NCBI GenBank assembly: GCA_965203175.1
Contig: OZ241867.1
Location: 6,048,001 to 6,112,000 of the forward strand
Reading direction: 5' to 3'
DNA length: 64,000 nt
DNA from: Candidatus Latescibacterota bacterium
Lineage (GTDB): Bacteria; Latescibacterota; UBA2968; UBA8231
Position numbers and translations under genes: made by a program. Below the pieces are notes generated by a model that was not told the DNA's origin, searched no databases, and saw nothing but the letters and a program-made list of their open reading frames with translations. Positions 58,708 through 64,000 of this stretch are shown here, piece after piece. Position 1 is the stretch's first letter, and every line of letters starts with the position of its first letter.

Positions 58708-60660
58708 TTGAGCACGACTTCATCCACTCCGCACCGGCCCGGCCTCCGCGCCCTCCTCGTCGGCGCAGCCGGTGCCTGGGCCATTGGTGCTGGCGTCCCG
58801 TATTGCAACATGGTGCTCCACGGCTCCCGGATCGCCTCGTACTTCAACACGCCAGCCGCCATCATTCTCTTCTTCTTTCTGGTTTTTGTCGGCAACACCT
58901 TGCTGGGGTTGGCGCGGCGCTCGTGGATGCTGAGTCGGGCCGAGTTGGCGCTCATCTACATCATGTGGATCGTCGCCACCTCAATTCCCGAATGGGGGCT
59001 TACCGCCTTTCTCCTGCCCGATATCACCAGCGTCATCTATTATGCCACCCCCGAGAACAACTGGGCCGAGCTCCTCCACCCACTCATTCCCGATTGGATC
59101 ATCCCCCACCACGACTTCGACCAGATCAAGAACTTCTACGAAGGCGCGCCGCAGGGCCAAGGCATCCCGTGGGCGTTGTGGCTGTCCCCGCTGGCGTTGT
59201 GGGTACCTTTCGTGCTGGCACTCTACGTGGCGATGATTTCCATTGTGGTTGTCTTGCGCAAACAGTGGATCGAGAACGAACGCCTAATCTTCCCGCTGGT
59301 CCAGCTCCCCATCGCCATGCTCCAAGAAGAAAATCAGCGCCCCGGATTACTCAATGCCTTTTTCAAAAATCCGCTGATGTGGATCGGCTTTGCCATACCC
59401 GCCTTGATCCAGAGCGTCAATGGCCTCAATCACTATTTCCCCTACTTCCCCCGCGTCGGTCTCGGCACCTCAGTCCCGCTCTTCCGCGACAGCATCCAGG
59501 TTCCGCTCCGGCTCAGCTTCCAGATGCTGGGTTTTTCCTACTTCGTCAACCGCGACATAGCCTTTGGGCTGTGCTTCTTCTATCTGCTCAACACCGTTCA
59601 GCAGGGCATCTTCAACGTACTCGGCGTCCAGAAGATCGATCCCGTACTCGGAGCCTATAGTACCTATACGGGTTCGATCGTCGTCCACCAGGGATTCGGG
59701 GCTATCATCGCGCTAGTTCTCTTCGGCCTGTGGAATGCCCGCGACCACCTGCGCGCGGTCTGGCGCAAAGCGATCTCCGGCACCCCCGACATCGACGACT
59801 CCGGCGAAATTCTCTCCTACCGGACTGCACTCTTGCTGCTAGCGGGCAGCCTGACCTTTATGGGCGTGTGGCTCTGGCAGTCAGGGCTGCCCCCTTGGGT
59901 TACCCCCATCTATCTCTTTTTTGCCTTTGTTCTCTTCTTAGGTATCACCCGCGTCGTCGCCGAAGGAGGCTTGGCCTTTATCTTCGCGCCGATGATCGCC
60001 TCGGATTTCGTCGCCGCCGGCTTTGGCACCCGCACCATCGGCTCTTCCGGCGTCATGGCCTTGGCCTTTACATACATATGGGCCAGCGACATTCTCACCT
60101 TTGTCATGGCCTCTTGCGCCAATGGTCTCAAACTCGCCGAGGAAACCATAAAAAAAGGACGCCGCATCGTCTTTTGGGGCATCCTCTTGGCCATCCTCGT
60201 GACCCTCTTTAGCTCGATCTGGGCCATCCTCGATCTAGGCTATCGCTACGGGGGGATCAACACCGATTCCTTCTTCTTTGGCGGCGCGGCGCGCTACCCC
60301 TTTGACAACGCTGCCGCGCGGCTGCAATCCCTCGACGGCCCGCATTGGGAAAACTGGATATATACAACTATTGGTGCGGGTGCCATGGTACTTTTGCTGG
60401 CCGCCCGCCAGCACATCTCTTGGTGGCCTTTCCACCCGTTGGGTTTTCCGATCAGCGCCGTCTTTGGCACGATGTTTTTTAGCGTGTTCCTAGCTTGGCT
60501 CTGCAAGACCCTCGTCCTGCGCTACGGAGGTCCGGCACTCTATCTCAAAACCCGGCCCTTCTTCATGGGCCTGATTCTCGGTCAGTTCGTCACGGCCGGC
60601 ATCTGGTATGCCATAGACTACTGGGTCGGCGAAAGCGGCAACTCCGTAATGAGTTGGTAG
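58708..60660 (+). CDS. Polytopic membrane protein, DUF6785/DUF6784-like putative transporter
   Basis: About 15 TMs; ELALIY, YYATPENNW, RKQWIENERLIFPL, WWPFHPLG, KTLVLRYGG and PFFMGLILG. Confidence 0.75.
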   Translation: MSTTSSTPHRPGLRALLVGAAGAWAIGAGVPYCNMVLHGSRIASYFNTPAAIILFFFLVFVGNTLLGLARRSWMLSRAELALIYIMWIVATSIPEWGLTAFLLPDITSVIYYATPENNWAELLHPLIPDWIIPHHDFDQIKNFYEGAPQGQGIPWALWLSPLALWVPFVLALYVAMISIVVVLRKQWIENERLIFPLVQLPIAMLQEENQRPGLLNAFFKNPLMWIGFAIPALIQSVNGLNHYFPYFPRVGLGTSVPLFRDSIQVPLRLSFQMLGFSYFVNRDIAFGLCFFYLLNTVQQGIFNVLGVQKIDPVLGAYSTYTGSIVVHQGFGAIIALVLFGLWNARDHLRAVWRKAISGTPDIDDSGEILSYRTALLLLAGSLTFMGVWLWQSGLPPWVTPIYLFFAFVLFLGITRVVAEGGLAFIFAPMIASDFVAAGFGTRTIGSSGVMALAFTYIWASDILTFVMASCANGLKLAEETIKKGRRIVFWGILLAILVTLFSSIWAILDLGYRYGGINTDSFFFGGAARYPFDNAAARLQSLDGPHWENWIYTTIGAGAMVLLLAARQHISWWPFHPLGFPISAVFGTMFFSVFLAWLCKTLVLRYGGPALYLKTRPFFMGLILGQFVTAGIWYAIDYWVGESGNSVMSW

Positions 60661-60666
60661 CTTAGC

Positions 60667-62811
60667 TCAGTACGCCAGTGAGAGGGTTCCCACTTGTACT
60701 TCTTCGCCGCTGTCGGCACCGAGGGCAATCCGGTATAAATAGATTCCCGGCCTCACCGTGACGCCCTGATCGTCCATCCCATCCCAAGCTAGGATGCTGG
60801 ACTCTTCCCCGAAAAGGCCGCGCACCGCATTTTGCTCCTGCAGTTGTCGCACTCGACGCCCCGATAAATCATATATATTGACCGTCAGCATCCGCGGGGT
60901 GGAGACCTCGTGCAACTGAAATTGGAATCGCGCCCAGTCGTTGATCCCATCTCCGTTCGGCGTAAACGGGTTGGGCGCGACCTCTACCTCCGCTAAGAGC
61001 GCCTCACCCAGCCCGACCGTGCGCACCCCCAGCGCATTACCTGGAAAGTCAACGGTTGCGTCTCCGGGAGAAATGAGCTGCTTGACCTCGTTGGCGGTGC
61101 TGTCGAATATCCAGCCCTGAAACTGAGTGCCATAGCGCACTACCCGCGCATCGAATTCTACCTCGATTAGCTTGAATGTATCCCCCTGTCCGGCCAACTT
61201 CGGAAAACCGACGACGATGCGGTCATCGAGTATTTCGGGCGGATGTGTGTCGCTGACTTCGACGCCATCGACCCGCACAGAGCGCACTGCGTTGACCCGC
61301 GTCAGCGTAAAGATCTCCAGCCGGTCAAAACCGTGGCCCGCGTCCAATGTCGGCAGCACGCTATAGGTGAACGCGGTGCTCTCGGTGCGCGACGCGTCCA
61401 GCGGCCAGATTTCGCCCACCACCTCCAAAGCCGCTGGCCGCGCAAATTGTATCTCTAGCTCCTGCAACTTCGTGCTCTGATCGACGGTTGACAGCACCAA
61501 AAGCTGGAACTGAAAGTAGCGCGAAGGCCCCGGCGAGAGGATCTCAGTACCGTCCGTCCAAGCGGAGGACGGTTGCGCGGGATCGGCCAGTCCCGCCTCC
61601 CACGGATAAGGTGCCGACCAGAAACTCCAGTGTCGCTCGTCCAACGTGGTAAAGCGCTTCTTGATGTTGCCGCGCTCGTATTCCTTCCGGGTTATAGCCT
61701 TGAACTCACCGGCAACCTCACTAGGCAACCAGTAGAGGTTGGGATCGCTATCGCTACCGGAGCGGGTGCGAATCAGAATTTTGCTGTCCGGATCGTGGTC
61801 GCCCTTCCAGCGGATCTTGCCCCAGGCCATCTCCTCGCCAAAGTCGAGTACCGCGCTGGTGTAGATGGCGCGTGGCACGTAGCCTTTACCGAAAATCTGG
61901 AACTCGGCGATCTCCCAGTTGGAGGTTGGGTAGAGCGGACGAATCGTGATCCATTGGAGAGACTGCAAGGGGAACCGGGCATCGAGGATGGTTGCTTGGC
62001 TTTCTGTATCGCGACGCAAAATAGTCAGACGCGAATCGTTCTTGGAATCTACTTCGCGCGGAGAAATACCTTTAAACCAAGGGCTGTCTTCGGTCCTAAA
62101 GGAAGCATGAGCGGCGAAGTTTTGCACGCTATTGGCACCGGCGATTTCAAACCACGGCAGAAAATTGTCGGAAAAATCCTCTTCGCCGAGTGCCTCTTTA
62201 TCTAGCTTGGGAGGAGCCATCTCCGCGATGATTTGGTCAATTTTGATATCGTTTTTGGACAAGCGAGGAAAGAACCGCACCCGATTAATCGGGTAGTCAG
62301 CTCCTAGGTCGACGATTAGGTTCTGGACGACGAACTGGCTCCGAATCTCTGGATCGTCCGTACTGCTAGCAGCAAAGAAGGCTGCCGTCTGGGGATCGCC
62401 GTCGAACATCGGCCGGATCCTTTCGATCACGCCTGTAGTGTGATTGCCCCCGCCCACGGCGATATTATCGTACAGCCCGCGTGGAATCCGGTTGCGCACC
62501 CCGTCTTGCGCCAAATTCAAGGTGTCCGGCACCCAGAAGGGGCGCATCCAGAGCCCTCCAGTGCTATCGACGTTCACCATCAGCGTGTCATTCCACGTAG
62601 GGTGGGAGTCTGGAGCACTGAATGGCACCCGATCCTGGATTTGGCCATCCGGTCCGATAACCAGGTACTCCCCAGGCTCATAAGATATCGCCGCCGACCA
62701 CGGGTTTCCGTCCTCTCCCCCGAGCCGATAGACGTTATATGCTTCTGCCAGCGTCGCCGCAAAAGCGAGCGCTCCACAGGCTACCAACGATACTCGTCGC
62801 AAGGTATTCAT
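60667..62811 (-). CDS. Secreted protein with C-terminal CHU_C/FlgD-Ig-like tail (paralog C)
   Basis: Start MNTLRR after AGGAG, DLG..YPINRVRFFPR, WEIAEFQIFG, RTRSG, WSFWSAPY, SPGPSRY, EIWP and PNPFTPNGDGIND; ends LAY. Confidence 0.86.
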   Translation of the reverse strand: MNTLRRVSLVACGALAFAATLAEAYNVYRLGGEDGNPWSAAISYEPGEYLVIGPDGQIQDRVPFSAPDSHPTWNDTLMVNVDSTGGLWMRPFWVPDTLNLAQDGVRNRIPRGLYDNIAVGGGNHTTGVIERIRPMFDGDPQTAAFFAASSTDDPEIRSQFVVQNLIVDLGADYPINRVRFFPRLSKNDIKIDQIIAEMAPPKLDKEALGEEDFSDNFLPWFEIAGANSVQNFAAHASFRTEDSPWFKGISPREVDSKNDSRLTILRRDTESQATILDARFPLQSLQWITIRPLYPTSNWEIAEFQIFGKGYVPRAIYTSAVLDFGEEMAWGKIRWKGDHDPDSKILIRTRSGSDSDPNLYWLPSEVAGEFKAITRKEYERGNIKKRFTTLDERHWSFWSAPYPWEAGLADPAQPSSAWTDGTEILSPGPSRYFQFQLLVLSTVDQSTKLQELEIQFARPAALEVVGEIWPLDASRTESTAFTYSVLPTLDAGHGFDRLEIFTLTRVNAVRSVRVDGVEVSDTHPPEILDDRIVVGFPKLAGQGDTFKLIEVEFDARVVRYGTQFQGWIFDSTANEVKQLISPGDATVDFPGNALGVRTVGLGEALLAEVEVAPNPFTPNGDGINDWARFQFQLHEVSTPRMLTVNIYDLSGRRVRQLQEQNAVRGLFGEESSILAWDGMDDQGVTVRPGIYLYRIALGADSGEEVQVGTLSLAY

Positions 62812-63023
62812 TGCGCTGCTCTCCTGGCTAATGTCTGGATCAGCTTCTATAATGAGGGAGAATATAATAAAGACTATAGCAGCTGGCACGATAAAACGGC
62901 CTACCATATAGACACTACTGTAGTCCATCTGGCGGCGGCGACACCCCTGCGCTAACTTTATTTTTTACGCGGAACCTCGCTCCGCACCGCAACATCTATA
63001 TAACGATCCCAAGCCTAATCCCT

Positions 63024-64000
63024 ATGGACCATAGTTCACTCTCACCCCTTCTCACCCACTTAGCCGCACTGCGCCGCCGCGCCTTGGGCCTAACCATATT
63101 CTCTGCGTTGGCCTTGGGTCTAGCCGCAAGCTTGATGTCTGTCTTGCTGTGGGTCCTGCTCGAAGCGCTTTTTTTTCTCTCACCACCTTGGCGCACGGGC
63201 TTGGGCATCTTGGCACTTTTGGCTACCGGAGGGGCACTGGCATTTGCTCTCAAGCGGCACCTGCCCGTTCTCCTCTCGCAGCACCGCTTCGCCCTCTTCG
63301 TCGAACGGCGCTGTCCTCCGCTCCAACAGCGGCTAATTAGCGCCTTAGAGCTATCTGATACAGACCCATCTCTTCACTCGCCCGCGCTGCTTGCGGCTGC
63401 GAGCGAGAGGGCCGCCGCCCTCTTGCGCGCCGCCAATCCGGCCCAAATCCTCGACCGTCAGCCGCTCTACGCCTACTTGCGCCTGCTTGGCAGCGCAACG
63501 GCTGTCGTGCTTCTTTGCGGCGCGCTGTTTGGCAACGATCTAGCCCAAGCCGCTCAGCGCTGCGCCCATCCGCTCACCGCGTACGAGCGACCGCCGCGCA
63601 CCCTGATCACCGTCCGTCCCGGAAACCTCGAAATCATCAAGGGCGAAGACGCTACCCTGCAAGTGCATTTTGCTGGCGACAAGCCGCGCCGCGCCCGCAT
63701 CGTGCGCCGCGCAAGCGCAGAAGCACCCTACCAAATCGAAGAGCTCGTGGTCAATCGCGCCGACTCCGTCACCTACACCTTTCCCCAAGTCCAGCGATCC
63801 TTCCACTACGCCATCGCAGTCGGCGACGACCGCTCGCCCGAATACGAGGTGCGAGTCATCGACCCTCCGGCCGTCAAGCGCTTGCGCCTGCACTACCAGT
63901 ACCCTGCTTATAGCCAACTGCCCGACCGCATTGAAGAAGAAAGCGGCGACATCCAGGGCCTGCCCGGTACCCGCGTCGCCTTTGAAATCACGGCTAACAA
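63024..64000 (+). CDS. DUF4175-like membrane-anchored protein, 3'-truncated by the window edge (absent from the ORF track)
   Basis: Open frame from ATG 63024: two TMs, VERRCPPLQQRLISALEL, VRPGNLEIIKGED and YPAYSQLP...GDIQGLPGTRV. Confidence 0.75.
   Translation, partial: MDHSSLSPLLTHLAALRRRALGLTIFSALALGLAASLMSVLLWVLLEALFFLSPPWRTGLGILALLATGGALAFALKRHLPVLLSQHRFALFVERRCPPLQQRLISALELSDTDPSLHSPALLAAASERAAALLRAANPAQILDRQPLYAYLRLLGSATAVVLLCGALFGNDLAQAAQRCAHPLTAYERPPRTLITVRPGNLEIIKGEDATLQVHFAGDKPRRARIVRRASAEAPYQIEELVVNRADSVTYTFPQVQRSFHYAIAVGDDRSPEYEVRVIDPPAVKRLRLHYQYPAYSQLPDRIEEESGDIQGLPGTRVAFEITAN

Noticed and set aside
1-64000. tRNA, rRNA, CRISPR array, integrase, transposase or prophage
   Set aside because: None was recognised by eye. 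Intergenic gaps are short and show no cloverleaf or repeat-spacer pattern. A covariance-model scan was not possible.

Overview
GC-rich bacterial chromosomal segment. The protein families (C-terminal TWGRIK tail, CHU_C/FlgD-tailed secreted proteins, DUF6785-like transporter) suggest an FCB-superphylum lineage such as Latescibacterota; this is inference only. The first ~33 kb is housekeeping and catabolic: IlvD-family dehydratase, SAF-domain oxidoreductase, Hsp20 with a consensus sigma54 promoter, M20 peptidase, flotillin-NfeD, a Gfo/AKR/sulfatase operon, purL, sucA-sucB-lpdA, an SDR, xylA, nadA, dapL and glnS. Several foreign insertions interrupt it. An all-in-one kinase/regulator gene is flanked by a degenerate ~160-bp duplication of the upstream gene's 3' end. 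A Type II R-M pair sits inside sucB-lpdA, and its endonuclease is frameshifted by a 5-bp tandem duplication. From ~33.7 kb to the end lies a ~30 kb cell-envelope locus of uncharacterised proteins: three paralogous secreted proteins sharing a scaffold and a PNPFTPNxDGIND...AY C-terminal tail but carrying different inserted modules, a predicted outer-membrane beta-barrel with Ca-binding-like loops, a PPIase lipoprotein, three GT-C glycosyltransferase-TPR fusions, two FG-GAP/ASPIC-UnbV proteins, an SGNH-TPR protein and a DUF6785-like membrane protein. This locus is the best candidate for an undescribed secretion/sorting/glycosylation system. No rRNA, tRNA, CRISPR array, integrase or transposase was seen.
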